This document shows positions 21,025 to 31,581 of a stretch of DNA of 64,000 nucleotides, piece after piece. Under the pieces are notes generated by a model, which was not told the DNA's origin, did no database searches, and saw only the letters and a list, made by a program, of their open reading frames with translations. A program made the translations under genes and the position numbers. Position 1 is the stretch's first letter; every line of letters begins with the position of its first letter. The stretch spans positions 1,309 to 65,308 of the forward strand of contig LYSV01000022.1 of NCBI GenBank assembly GCA_001657315.1. Direction: 5' to 3'. The stretch comes from Flammeovirgaceae bacterium BBD 1991-12. GTDB taxonomy: Bacteria; Bacteroidota; Bacteroidia; Cytophagales; Cyclobacteriaceae.

Positions 21025-21900
21025 TTATACGTCAGATCTTTCGCACTGCTCTTCCTTTGTCTCAAACTCGATCGTTACATGGTCTACCTTTTGGTCCCGT
21101 AGCAGTTGTTTGATCGCAGTTTTCATTGTGCCCAGCTCTTCCAATGTCTTGTCTTTATGCACCACAAGATGGATGGTGAAGATGTTGTATTCCCCATCCA
21201 TTGTCCACAGGTGGCAGTCATGAACATCTTCCACTTCCGGTAATTCCATGATCCTTTGTTTGAGATCCCTGATCTCAATATCTTCAGGCGTAGCCTGCAG
21301 GATGATCCTGAAGCTTTTTCTCAGGCTTGTGAATACATTAAAAAGAATAAATCCGGAGATCAAAAGAGATAATATCGGATCAATTACCGGCACGTCATAG
21401 AAGTACATTACAACAGCTCCGATGAGCACCGCCACCCAGCCCAGTACATCTTCCAAAAGGTGGAGGTAAATCACACGTTCATTGATCGAATGCCCTTTTT
21501 TCAGTTTTAGCACCGCCACGCCATTCATGATCACTCCCAGAATGGCCAGCCCTATCATACCCTGGGCATCGGGATTTGGTGGATCCAGAAGGCGGGGAAG
21601 AGTATGGTAAATAATAAATACGGAGCCTATGAGTAGGATAACGGCATTGATAATCGCCCCCAATAGTGAAAAACGCCGGTAGCCGTAGGAAAAATTTTTA
21701 TCTCGGCCCCGTGCGGAAAGTTTTTGGAAGTACCATGCCAGCCCCAGACTCAGGCTATCGCCCAGATCATGCAGGGCATCGGAGATGATCGCCATACTAT
21801 TGGTGAGCAGCCCTCCGATAACCTCGATGACCGTAAAGGTCAGATTGATAAGAAATGCCAACCTGATATTGCCAGTATTATGATGGTGGTCGTGTCCCAT
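21025..21900 (-). CDS. cation diffusion facilitator (CDF) family metal efflux transporter
   Basis: 291 aa with an N-terminal His-rich stretch (GHDHHHN), six TM segments, CDF signature residues (HDLGDS, HLLEDVLGW) and a C-terminal cytoplasmic domain. Confidence 0.9.
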   Translation of the reverse strand: MGHDHHHNTGNIRLAFLINLTFTVIEVIGGLLTNSMAIISDALHDLGDSLSLGLAWYFQKLSARGRDKNFSYGYRRFSLLGAIINAVILLIGSVFIIYHTLPRLLDPPNPDAQGMIGLAILGVIMNGVAVLKLKKGHSINERVIYLHLLEDVLGWVAVLIGAVVMYFYDVPVIDPILSLLISGFILFNVFTSLRKSFRIILQATPEDIEIRDLKQRIMELPEVEDVHDCHLWTMDGEYNIFTIHLVVHKDKTLEELGTMKTAIKQLLRDQKVDHVTIEFETKEEQCERSDV

Positions 21901-22045
21901 GATCTCTGTACTAAGCCGGAGTAGCCGAAGCCTAAAACTAATGGTTTCTGTTCTAATTCCTTTAGAAGTGATATAGGAGATATGGTATTAAGCCGGTCAA
22001 GGTTTTTCCAATAAGTTACCTGCCTGCCGGAACGTTAGTGCAGGC

Positions 22046-22148
22046 AACTTCCAACTTCCATCTTCCAACTTCCAACTTCCAACTTCCATCTTCCAAACCT
22101 CCAACCTCCAACCTCCAACTTCCAACTTCCATCTTCCAACTTCCAACC
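22046..22148. repeat. heptanucleotide tandem repeat (AACTTCC and variants ATCTTCC/AACCTCC), about 14.5 units
   Basis: Read directly from the sequence: aacttcc aacttcc atcttcc aacttcc aacttcc aacttcc atcttcc aaacctcc aacctcc aacctcc aacttcc aacttcc atcttcc aacttcc aacc. It lies between the divergent CDF and BNR genes. Confidence 0.9.
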
Positions 22149-22216
22149 CCCAGCTTCTAATCACGATATTTACCGGTTTTGCCAGAGACACCATATATTT
22201 GTCAAAAAACGTGTTC

Positions 22217-23557
22217 ATGAGATTTTACCTGTCAGTATTCGCTATCTACGCTTCGGCCTTTTCCGGCTATTCGCAGTTTAAAAATATAGTGCTCGATGTT
22301 CAAAAGGATGGTGAGCGCGCTCCTGCCGAGCCGAGCATAGCGATAAGTCTGAAGGATCGTGATAATATTGTGGGAGCCGCCATTCTGGATAAGGTATATG
22401 TAACCAAAGACGGCGGAGACACATGGTCTGCCAGCAGGCTTGAATCTTCAATGGGAGTGTGGGGCGACCCGGTGGTGATCTCCGATAAAAAAGGTGATTT
22501 TTACTACTTCCATCTTTCGGATCCTACGGGTCGTAACTGGGATAGTGAAGAGATCCTGGACAGGATTGTCTGTCAGAAATCTACCGATGGTGGGGAAACG
22601 TGGAGCGACGGTGCCTCAATTGGGCTTAATCATCCGAAGGATCAGGATAAGGAATGGGCAGTGATCGATCCCAATTCAAACAACATTTACGTAGCATGGA
22701 CCCAGTTTGATGATTATGGCTCCAAAGATCCCGGATGCCAGAGTAACATTCTGCTGTCAAATTCCTCAGGCGGGAAGAAATGGTCAGATCCCATCCGTCT
22801 GAATCAGTTTTCAGGAGACTGTGTGGATGATGACCAGACCACGGAAGGCGCTATGCCGGCTGTAGGTCCCCAGGGCTATTTGTACGTAGTATGGTCCTGG
22901 AATGAAAAGATATACCTCGACCGCTCGTATGACAAAGGCAAAACATGGCTGAGTAACGACATAGAAATAGACGAACAACCCGGAGGATGGTCCTTTTCAA
23001 TACCGGGGATCAACCGGACCAACGGAATGCCGGTGCTGCTGGCAGATAATAGTCCCACGCAATACCGGGGCATGCTCTACCTGAGCTGGGCAGATCAGCG
23101 TAATGGTGAGGACAACACAGATATCTGGTTTATGCGGTCCGCCAATGGGGGTGACCTGTGGTCAGGAGCTACCCGCGTAAATGACGACGATTCCGGCCGG
23201 CATCAGTTCCTGAGCTGGATGGCGCAGGATGCCACCACCGGCTATCTGTACATCCTCTTCTATGACCGGCGCGCCTATGATGACAATCAAACAGATGTAT
23301 ACCTGGCTTATTCCAATAACGGAGGCAGTTCCTTTGAGAATGTTAAGATCAGTGAATCGCCGTTTGTCCCCAGCGAAGAGCACTTTTTTGGCGACTACAC
23401 CAATATTGCAGCACATGAAGGCAGAATAGTGGCCATCTGGACCCGGATGGACGACGGTAAAACCTCGATCATAGCCTCGGTCATTGAGGATGAAGCGCTC
23501 TTTGGAGAAAGAGAAGAAAAAGGCAGGAAAAAGAAGAAAGGCAAGAAAAAAAGCTGA
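22217..23557 (+). CDS. BNR/Asp-box repeat protein (sialidase-fold, exo-alpha-sialidase-like)
   Basis: The ATG at 22217 gives a signal peptide. Asp-box motifs are present (TKDGGDTW, STDGGETW, SYDKGKTW, SANGGDLW, SNNGGSSF). The C-terminal tail is poly-Lys. Confidence 0.75.
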   Translation: MRFYLSVFAIYASAFSGYSQFKNIVLDVQKDGERAPAEPSIAISLKDRDNIVGAAILDKVYVTKDGGDTWSASRLESSMGVWGDPVVISDKKGDFYYFHLSDPTGRNWDSEEILDRIVCQKSTDGGETWSDGASIGLNHPKDQDKEWAVIDPNSNNIYVAWTQFDDYGSKDPGCQSNILLSNSSGGKKWSDPIRLNQFSGDCVDDDQTTEGAMPAVGPQGYLYVVWSWNEKIYLDRSYDKGKTWLSNDIEIDEQPGGWSFSIPGINRTNGMPVLLADNSPTQYRGMLYLSWADQRNGEDNTDIWFMRSANGGDLWSGATRVNDDDSGRHQFLSWMAQDATTGYLYILFYDRRAYDDNQTDVYLAYSNNGGSSFENVKISESPFVPSEEHFFGDYTNIAAHEGRIVAIWTRMDDGKTSIIASVIEDEALFGEREEKGRKKKKGKKKS

Positions 23558-23568
23558 TCCCGTTCAGG

Positions 23569-25254
<1,686 letters not shown>

Positions 25255-25293
25255 TTACCGGAGTAAGCACATCTCAGAACTGTTGAAGCCCGG

Positions 25294-25487
25294 AGTCGTG
25301 GCACCACTCCCTGCCTGTGGCCGGCAGGCTCACGTTCACATTCGCTGAATCCTGTGGGGCCACCGGACTCTGCGAGGAATCCTGCGGATCCACTGGACCC
25401 CGTGGGGAGCCCGGTGGACCATTTTCATTTTAGGGTAATGAAGTACTTTTTATTTTTTATTGTCCGGATAGCAGTGGTGCCACGACT
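25294..25487. repeat. MITE-like element A (194 bp) with perfect 15-bp terminal inverted repeats
   Basis: It starts with AGTCGTGGCACCACT and ends with AGTGGTGCCACGACT. It shares a ~60-bp core with element B at 47110-47211. It is intergenic and non-coding. Confidence 0.6.
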
Positions 25488-25521
25488 GTTGCCGCATTCG
25501 CCCTGATCCAGAGGCCGGCTT

Positions 25522-26364
25522 TTAGTTTTCAGCCTTTTGAAATTCGTCAAGGCAGGCCAGTACTGCTACGGCCAGTTCATATTCCGTGGAAACGAGGATG
25601 AAGTCTTCCTCAAGTGCGCAAAAATCTATGAAAGCATCAATTTTTTCTGGTTGCAATCCGGTCATCTCCGTTATCCACTCAGGGTTGTATTTACTCCTCA
25701 GCAGCTTGTCCCGTTTTACCAGGTCCTGATACTTCTGGTCAGCCTTACCCTTTCTCGACTTTTTTTTGAGCCAGTTGGTGATGATCCCTCTTTTTGCAAA
25801 TGTTGGCCCAAACGTGATATCGTCCATTCCTGCGTCATGGGGATTGTACCATCCCTTGCCCCATGTTACCTCCTTTTGTGATATTGCCTCCTGTGCTTCG
25901 GCCAATCCGGTGATTTCCATTGGTTTTTCTTCTTCTACCTGTGTTTCAACCAGCGCCTTTTTCAGCGCATACTCATCTTTGAAGGCAAAAACTTCAATGG
26001 GTTGAAGTGTAGTCACTCTGGTCTGCATTTGGATCACTACTGTGTCGGCGCCGTGGTGTGTGGTTTTTTCATTCCATGGTATCACATATTCAAAGAAACC
26101 AATCGCTGAAATGATCAGTGAATCAGGTATCGTTATGGATACTTCAAAAAAACCATTTTCATCCGCCACCACACCGGTACTGTCAGATTTCTTTAGGATA
26201 TGAGCATATGGCACTGGCTGGCCGGTGCCTGCTTCTGTGATCCGGGCCTTTACGAGGACATCGGGGGTACTCTGTGCGAGGCAGGTGGTGGCACCCCATA
26301 AAAGAATGTACAGAAAACAGGATAGAACAAGGCTTTTTTTCGGGTGAGTTAATGTCGGGGACAT
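25522..26364 (-). CDS. carboxypeptidase-regulatory-like domain protein (secreted)
   Basis: 280 aa with a signal peptide and an N-terminal CarboxypepD_reg-like beta sandwich (ARITEAGTGQPVPYAHI..ADENGFFEVSI). Confidence 0.7.
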   Translation of the reverse strand: MSPTLTHPKKSLVLSCFLYILLWGATTCLAQSTPDVLVKARITEAGTGQPVPYAHILKKSDSTGVVADENGFFEVSITIPDSLIISAIGFFEYVIPWNEKTTHHGADTVVIQMQTRVTTLQPIEVFAFKDEYALKKALVETQVEEEKPMEITGLAEAQEAISQKEVTWGKGWYNPHDAGMDDITFGPTFAKRGIITNWLKKKSRKGKADQKYQDLVKRDKLLRSKYNPEWITEMTGLQPEKIDAFIDFCALEEDFILVSTEYELAVAVLACLDEFQKAEN

Positions 26365-26452
26365 ATTTATTTAACGGTTGATCTCATCGGACGTTATTCT
26401 GGAGCTGTCTTCTCCAATGACCGAATACTAAGGCATAATAACCAATTTATAA

Positions 26453-27319
26453 TTAATAATCTATTTCCAGCATTGTAATCTGGTAAGCTCCGAAAACACC
26501 AAATCCATTTTCCACATTGCTGAAGATGGGTGAAGGTTCAACAAATGGATTATCGGGATTGTGCAAACTCAATGTACGATGATATTCGTAGTAATTCTCA
26601 TCCGTGGTGAGCAGGTATAGGACCAGGCCTGAAAGAGGCTGGAGAAAGGTTGTGCCCCGCACCGTGATCACTTCATTTTCCCTCGATCTGTCTGAATAGA
26701 TAAAAAGCTCATCGACAGGGAAATAAAAAATCTCGGTTTGATATCCGTTGTCAAATTCAATTTTAAGCTCAGCCTGTATGCGGTAAAAATTCGGCTGGTT
26801 AAGCACATCCTGCCATTTTACATTGATTTCAATGACCTCTTCCGTATTAAAATCCCGTGTTTGAGTAATGGTATCCACAATCACTTCCCTGACAGTGGCT
26901 ATGCCTGTAGGTACTGTGCAGGAGGCAGTGGCTGACAATCCATCAGGAGCTATGGCATCAATGGTATAGGTTTTACCTGCTTCTATCTTAAAATTTGTCG
27001 TATCACCAAAATAATAACCATCCTCATTATATGTCAACGTAATTTCACTTTCCCCGTCACTGAGTGTGACCAGGGCATCGGGTATATAATCTATTGGCCG
27101 GTTTCTGTCCTGTTGGCCTATAACCGGTTTCGAACGACTTACTTCTATGCGAATAGTAGAATCACTCGGAGAAATAAAGCCGTTGATCACCATCCGTATT
27201 TCAGACCCCGGAATTTCCAGGTCTACTTCATTGTTCAATTTGTAAAAATCGGAGCAGCCGATCAATTGAACGGAAGCTGTTAGTGCACAAAAAGATAATA
27301 TTTTGATTAATTCTTTCAT
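26453..27319 (-). CDS. DUF4249-like lipoprotein
   Basis: 288 aa with a lipobox (QLIGC). It lies immediately downstream of a TonB-dependent receptor, as at 15764-16648. Confidence 0.65.
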   Translation of the reverse strand: MKELIKILSFCALTASVQLIGCSDFYKLNNEVDLEIPGSEIRMVINGFISPSDSTIRIEVSRSKPVIGQQDRNRPIDYIPDALVTLSDGESEITLTYNEDGYYFGDTTNFKIEAGKTYTIDAIAPDGLSATASCTVPTGIATVREVIVDTITQTRDFNTEEVIEINVKWQDVLNQPNFYRIQAELKIEFDNGYQTEIFYFPVDELFIYSDRSRENEVITVRGTTFLQPLSGLVLYLLTTDENYYEYHRTLSLHNPDNPFVEPSPIFSNVENGFGVFGAYQITMLEIDY

Positions 27320-29676
27320 TAAAACTCAAACTTATAGCTAATAGAAGGAATGAATGGAAATACAGTGATCCGTTTAAGTACCTTATTAGAGGCCGTGAAG
27401 TTTTCCGTGTCAACTTCGGTGATGTAAAAGAATGGGTTCTTTCGATTGTAAGCATTGTAGACACTTATTTCCCAGGTCCGCATTCCCTTTTTTCTGGCTT
27501 TGTGAAATTGTATCCCAAGGTCCAGGCGGTGATAGGGCTCAGCCCTGAAATTCCCTCTTTCCTGGTAGCCATCCACAGTGCCACCGAAATTTCCGAATTG
27601 ATACCTTCCTCTACCCGTGACATCATGGCCAGGAGCCGAGTAGTTGGCTACTGGTAAGGTCAGCGCCTGACCAGTACCGTAAATGAATGTGCCGGACAAG
27701 GTAATGTTTTTGTTCGGCTTATAGATCCCTACTACGGATAGATCATGGCGCCTGTCGTAGCGAGCAAAAAATTCTTTACCAAAGTTGAGCGAGTCGAATC
27801 GTAGTTTAGTCCAGGAAAGTGTATACCCTATCCATCCGGACATTTTACCGAATTTTCGCTGAAGTAAAAATTCAATACCATAGGCTTTACCTTCGCCAGT
27901 GGTGATATTGTTTTGAAAGTCCAGTTCTTCAGCACTTTCCAGCTCATCCAGTAGTAAAAAGTCTGCACCCTCCTTATAGCTTATCACATCTTCAGATGAT
28001 TTGTAATACCCTTCCAACGTGGCGGTCAGGTTGAGTTTGGGGAGGTCTTTGGCCAGGCCCATGGCCACCTGTTGAGAAGTTTGGGGTTTTACACGATCAG
28101 TAGAAGGCACCCAAAGATCCGTAGGCAAACCAATACCAGAATTGGACAGCAGGTGAATGTATTGGTTCATTATAGCGTACGATGATTTTACAGACAACTC
28201 AGGACCGATCTTCCAGGCGGCGGATATTCTTGGCTCAGGCCTGAAATAGGTAGCATCCTCATGATTAAATGCGCTAAAGCGAATACCAGCGTTGATCACT
28301 ACATTATTTGCAGGCTTGAACTCGTCTTCAATATAAGCTGCGGCTTCTATGGTATTGATAATCTCCTCCTTATTTTCAAATTCATCAAATTCATCGGCTT
28401 CCAGCACAAGGGCGCTGGGCGTAAAACGGTGATGGGTAAATATGAGTCCTGACTTTATAGAGTGCCTGGGGTTAGGCAGGTAGTCCACGTCAAATTTTCC
28501 GGTGAAATCGCGAATGCCAGACCGGTACACCAGCTTAAAATTTTCATCCTCGAATTCTTCTCTGATGTCTACTTTGAATTCATAGTTGCTGAAAATAAGG
28601 GAAGTATTGGCAAACAACCTGTTGTTAAAGAGGTGGTTCCACCGCAGGGTACCTGTTCCATTGCCCCAGCCAAGCCCTGCTCGCAGAAACTCACTGGTAT
28701 CTTCGAATCTGCTGAAAAACCGGTCTCTTCCAAAATATCCGCTTAGGTAGAGCTTGTTTTTCTTTCCAAAATCATAATTCAATTTGGTATTCAGGTCATA
28801 GAAATAGTAGCCGGCATCGGTACCTTTTGGCAGGAATGGTCTTACAAAGATATCTACGTAGGTACGTCTCCCGGAAATGAGAAAAGATGACTTTCCATTG
28901 GCCAACGGACCTTCTATCGTTACATTCGATGAGATCAGGCCTATTCCTCCTTTCCCTTTGAACTCGTCTCTGGAGCCATCTTTCATGTTCATGTCCACCA
29001 CAGAAGATAATCTTCCGCCAAATCGAGCTGGAAAACCACCCTTATAAAGCTCTACGCTTTTAAGGGCGTCGCCATTGAATACCGAGAAGAATCCAAAAAG
29101 GTGGTTGGCATTGTATACGGTAGCGTCATCGAGGATAAGTAAATTTTGATCAGGGCCACCGCCCCGTACATAGATCCCGCTGCTTCCTTCCGATCCGGAC
29201 TGTACTCCCGGTAACAGCTGCAGTGTCTTGAGCACATCTTTTTCTCCAAGAAAAGCCGGTATGTCCTGCACCTGGCTCACTGGTATTTTTACTAAACTCA
29301 TCAAAGGGGTTTCACTAATACGTTCCTGTCTTTCGGCAGAGACAACAATTGTTTCCAGCGTTGTCGTCTGCGTTATCAACTCTACATCCAATTCCTTGTC
29401 ACTGGTCAGATCAATTTCCTGAGTAACCGTTTCATAGCCCACAAATGATATGTGCACGCTGTAGGCGGCTGAAGGCAGGGTTATGGAGTAAAAACCATAA
29501 GTGTTTGTTACGGTACCCGTTTTAAGATCGGGAATATAGATGGTGACCCCTGGCAGCAATTCTTTACTGCCACTTTCGCGTATGTAACCACTTAAAGTAT
29601 GTGTATTCTGGGCATATGATACTGTGATAAAAAGGCACAGGATGCAGGGTAGGGGCCAACAATGCTTCATAGACAA
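27319..29676 (-). CDS. TonB-dependent receptor (carboxypeptidase-regulatory-like N-domain + plug + barrel)
   Basis: 785 aa with a signal peptide, plug motifs (DVLKTLQLLPGVQ, IYVRGG, NLLILDDATVYN) and a C-terminal SISYKFEF. It is a paralog of 13141-15759. Confidence 0.9.
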   Translation of the reverse strand: MSMKHCWPLPCILCLFITVSYAQNTHTLSGYIRESGSKELLPGVTIYIPDLKTGTVTNTYGFYSITLPSAAYSVHISFVGYETVTQEIDLTSDKELDVELITQTTTLETIVVSAERQERISETPLMSLVKIPVSQVQDIPAFLGEKDVLKTLQLLPGVQSGSEGSSGIYVRGGGPDQNLLILDDATVYNANHLFGFFSVFNGDALKSVELYKGGFPARFGGRLSSVVDMNMKDGSRDEFKGKGGIGLISSNVTIEGPLANGKSSFLISGRRTYVDIFVRPFLPKGTDAGYYFYDLNTKLNYDFGKKNKLYLSGYFGRDRFFSRFEDTSEFLRAGLGWGNGTGTLRWNHLFNNRLFANTSLIFSNYEFKVDIREEFEDENFKLVYRSGIRDFTGKFDVDYLPNPRHSIKSGLIFTHHRFTPSALVLEADEFDEFENKEEIINTIEAAAYIEDEFKPANNVVINAGIRFSAFNHEDATYFRPEPRISAAWKIGPELSVKSSYAIMNQYIHLLSNSGIGLPTDLWVPSTDRVKPQTSQQVAMGLAKDLPKLNLTATLEGYYKSSEDVISYKEGADFLLLDELESAEELDFQNNITTGEGKAYGIEFLLQRKFGKMSGWIGYTLSWTKLRFDSLNFGKEFFARYDRRHDLSVVGIYKPNKNITLSGTFIYGTGQALTLPVANYSAPGHDVTGRGRYQFGNFGGTVDGYQERGNFRAEPYHRLDLGIQFHKARKKGMRTWEISVYNAYNRKNPFFYITEVDTENFTASNKVLKRITVFPFIPSISYKFEF

Positions 29677-29802
29677 GTTACAGGGATTGGCTAATAAACT
29701 GAATTAGAGAAGATATAGTATATTATTTTGTGGATTTTTTCTTCTGTTTATTCAATATGCACTCTTTTTATCTATAAAGACATGTGTTATGGGAAGGATA
29801 GC

Positions 29803-30425
29803 GTTTCAATCCTTCTTACTGTGGAAAGTGCTCAGAAAGCGTTGTGTCCGGTAGGTGAGAGATCCGCCGCGTCGTTGTTTCAATCCTTCTTACTGTGGAA
29901 AGTGCTCAGAAAGAGGAAGAACATAAAGAACTATATGATCGTTCTTGGGAGTTTCAATCCTTCTTACTATGGAAAGTGCTCAGAAAGCCGGTGGTGTCAA
30001 AGGCATAATAGACCTTACCGTAATGTTTCAATCCTTCTTACTATGGAAAGTGCTCAGAAAGACAATAATTCCTCTTATTAGCCGTCCCCAAATGAACAGT
30101 TTCAATCCTTCTTACTATGGAAAGTGCTCAGAAAGGTTAATCAGGATTTTCTATGCACAATTCCGGAAAAGTTTCAATCCTTCTTACTATGGAAAGTGCT
30201 CAGAAAGCAATTGGTCATTGTATACTTTCTTAATGCGTTCATAGTTTCAATCCTTCTTACTATGGAAAGTGCTCAGAAAGGGGAATGAATACATGGTTCG
30301 TCAGCATGAGTGGAAGGTTTCAATCCTTCTTACTATGGAAAGTGCTCAGAAAGAGAACGCTTGACTGTTTCCAGGGAAATCTCTTTTTGTTTCAATCCTT
30401 CTTACTATGGAAAGTGCTCAGAAAG
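29803..30425 (-). CRISPR. CRISPR array, 9 repeats of 37 bp and 8 spacers of 35-37 bp
   Basis: The + strand repeat is GTTTCAATCCTTCTTACTATGGAAAGTGCTCAGAAAG, with starts at 29803, 29877, 29951, 30025, 30099, 30171, 30244, 30317 and 30389. The two repeats farthest from cas (29803, 29877) carry ACTGTGG instead of ACTATGG. On the minus strand the repeat ends in ATTGAAAC, which matches the cas orientation and a leader at 30426-30621. Confidence 0.97.
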
Positions 30426-30621
30426 TCGCCAAACCTCTCAATCTTCTTAAGATCAACAGGTTAGCTTGCAGGTACGTCCTCACAAACTCTTTATTGCAAC
30501 ATGTCAAGGAACGTTTATTCAGGTCGTTTTTAACAATTTTCCGAACCTGTAAAAGTCTGACTGTCAATATTCTATGTTCAAAATACAATACCTTCGTTAT
30601 AAATTTGCCCCCGGAAGCCCT
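30426..30621 (-). promoter_or_regulatory. putative CRISPR leader
   Basis: A 196-bp non-coding interval between the cas4 stop and the cas-proximal consensus repeat. The degenerate repeats are at the opposite end of the array. Confidence 0.5.
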
Positions 30622-31197
30622 CTATTTTATGCATATATTCCGGTAGGTACAAGTTAGGCATCTTTTCTTATATCGGGTGGCACGGGGATAATAATTGTCA
30701 GCAATAATTTTACCGATCTCCTTTACGGCCTCCCTTACCATTTCCTTATGATCTGCTGTCACCTCTATCTCTACTACCTTGTGCTGGCTTCTCACGTACA
30801 CCAAAAAGCCCCTTCTTACAGTACATTGAAAGTTTTCTTCTATGAGCCAGGCATAGCAATACAATTGTGTCCTGTATGTCTCATATACCTTGCCCTCATA
30901 GCGGGCAAATTTGTAGTCCAGGGGCGACATGCTCCGGTCTTCCAACGTAAGCACCTCATCTACTCTTCCCCGCAGCCCGTTGTGTGTCAGGTACTGATCT
31001 GTTCGTTTTTCTGTGGCACCTATCCTCTTTCGAAGATAATCCTTGTTCCTTTCCAGTTTTTGGTCGTGAACTTCCCTGCCTCTCATGGCCTTGTAGTCTT
31101 TTTCTTCGTACTGAGGTATGGCAAGCACATATTCGAAAAAGGTGAACCTGGGGCAGTACAGGTACTGTATGATATGGGAAGGGGTAAGGCTGATCAT
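30622..31197 (-). CDS. cas4: CRISPR-associated exonuclease Cas4 (RecB-like, 4-Cys)
   Basis: It has an N-terminal Cys (YCPRFTFFEY), a RecB nuclease core (DEVLTLED..LDYK) and a C-terminal CLTCTYRNIC cluster. The ATG at 31197 is preferred over the track start at 31251. Confidence 0.85.
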   Translation of the reverse strand: MISLTPSHIIQYLYCPRFTFFEYVLAIPQYEEKDYKAMRGREVHDQKLERNKDYLRKRIGATEKRTDQYLTHNGLRGRVDEVLTLEDRSMSPLDYKFARYEGKVYETYRTQLYCYAWLIEENFQCTVRRGFLVYVRSQHKVVEIEVTADHKEMVREAVKEIGKIIADNYYPRATRYKKRCLTCTYRNICIK

Positions 31198-31290
31198 GGT
31201 GTTAATAGTTATTGAGTCGTAAGTGGGCAATCGGCAAATAGCAATCAGCAAAGTACGTTTCTTAGTCTGTTAAACGGAATAGTGCCGTCA

Positions 31291-31581
31291 TTATAAAAAA
31301 AGCTCCCGCACCTCATCGGTGACCATATCCTTGTCGAAGGCCTGCCCCAGCAGGATGGTCTGTCGTAGCTCCTCCTGGCTCATGGGGAAGATGTAGACAG
31401 AATCTTCATCGGGATCCGTCATTTCCTCCAGTTGTAGTGCGAGGGTATCCTTGTCTGAAGGGGTAAGGGTACCCAGAAAGACAGAATACTGGACCCGGTA
31501 AATGCCACTTTGCAGACATGCTTTTGCCGCTTCCCTGCGGCGTTTATCGTCTTTTATGTCGTACATTATCCACACGATCAT
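31291..31581 (-). CDS. cas2: CRISPR-associated endoribonuclease Cas2
   Basis: 96 aa with a ferredoxin-like Cas2 pattern (IVWIMYDI..RVQYSVFLG). It overlaps the cas1 stop by 4 nt. Confidence 0.9.
   Translation of the reverse strand: MIVWIMYDIKDDKRRREAAKACLQSGIYRVQYSVFLGTLTPSDKDTLALQLEEMTDPDEDSVYIFPMSQEELRQTILLGQAFDKDMVTDEVRELFL

Noticed and set aside
21997-22218. 73-aa minus-strand ORF with WKLEVGS-type repeats
   Set aside because: It is the in-frame translation of the heptanucleotide tandem repeat (three units are 21 bp). It has no start context or family support.
29988-30024. Spacer 3 begins with CCGGTGGTGT, identical to 47086-47095 next to MITE-like element B (13/15 over the first 15 nt)
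   Set aside because: A 10-nt exact match is expected by chance given the number of spacer 10-mers and 128 kb of two-strand search space. The match does not extend, so there is no evidence of self-targeting.
29728-30646. ORFs of 79-117 aa in the track spanning the CRISPR array (29728-30081, 29945-30244, 30407-30646)
   Set aside because: Their peptide repeats (SILLTMESAQK...) are simply translations of the 37-bp CRISPR repeat, so they are not genes.
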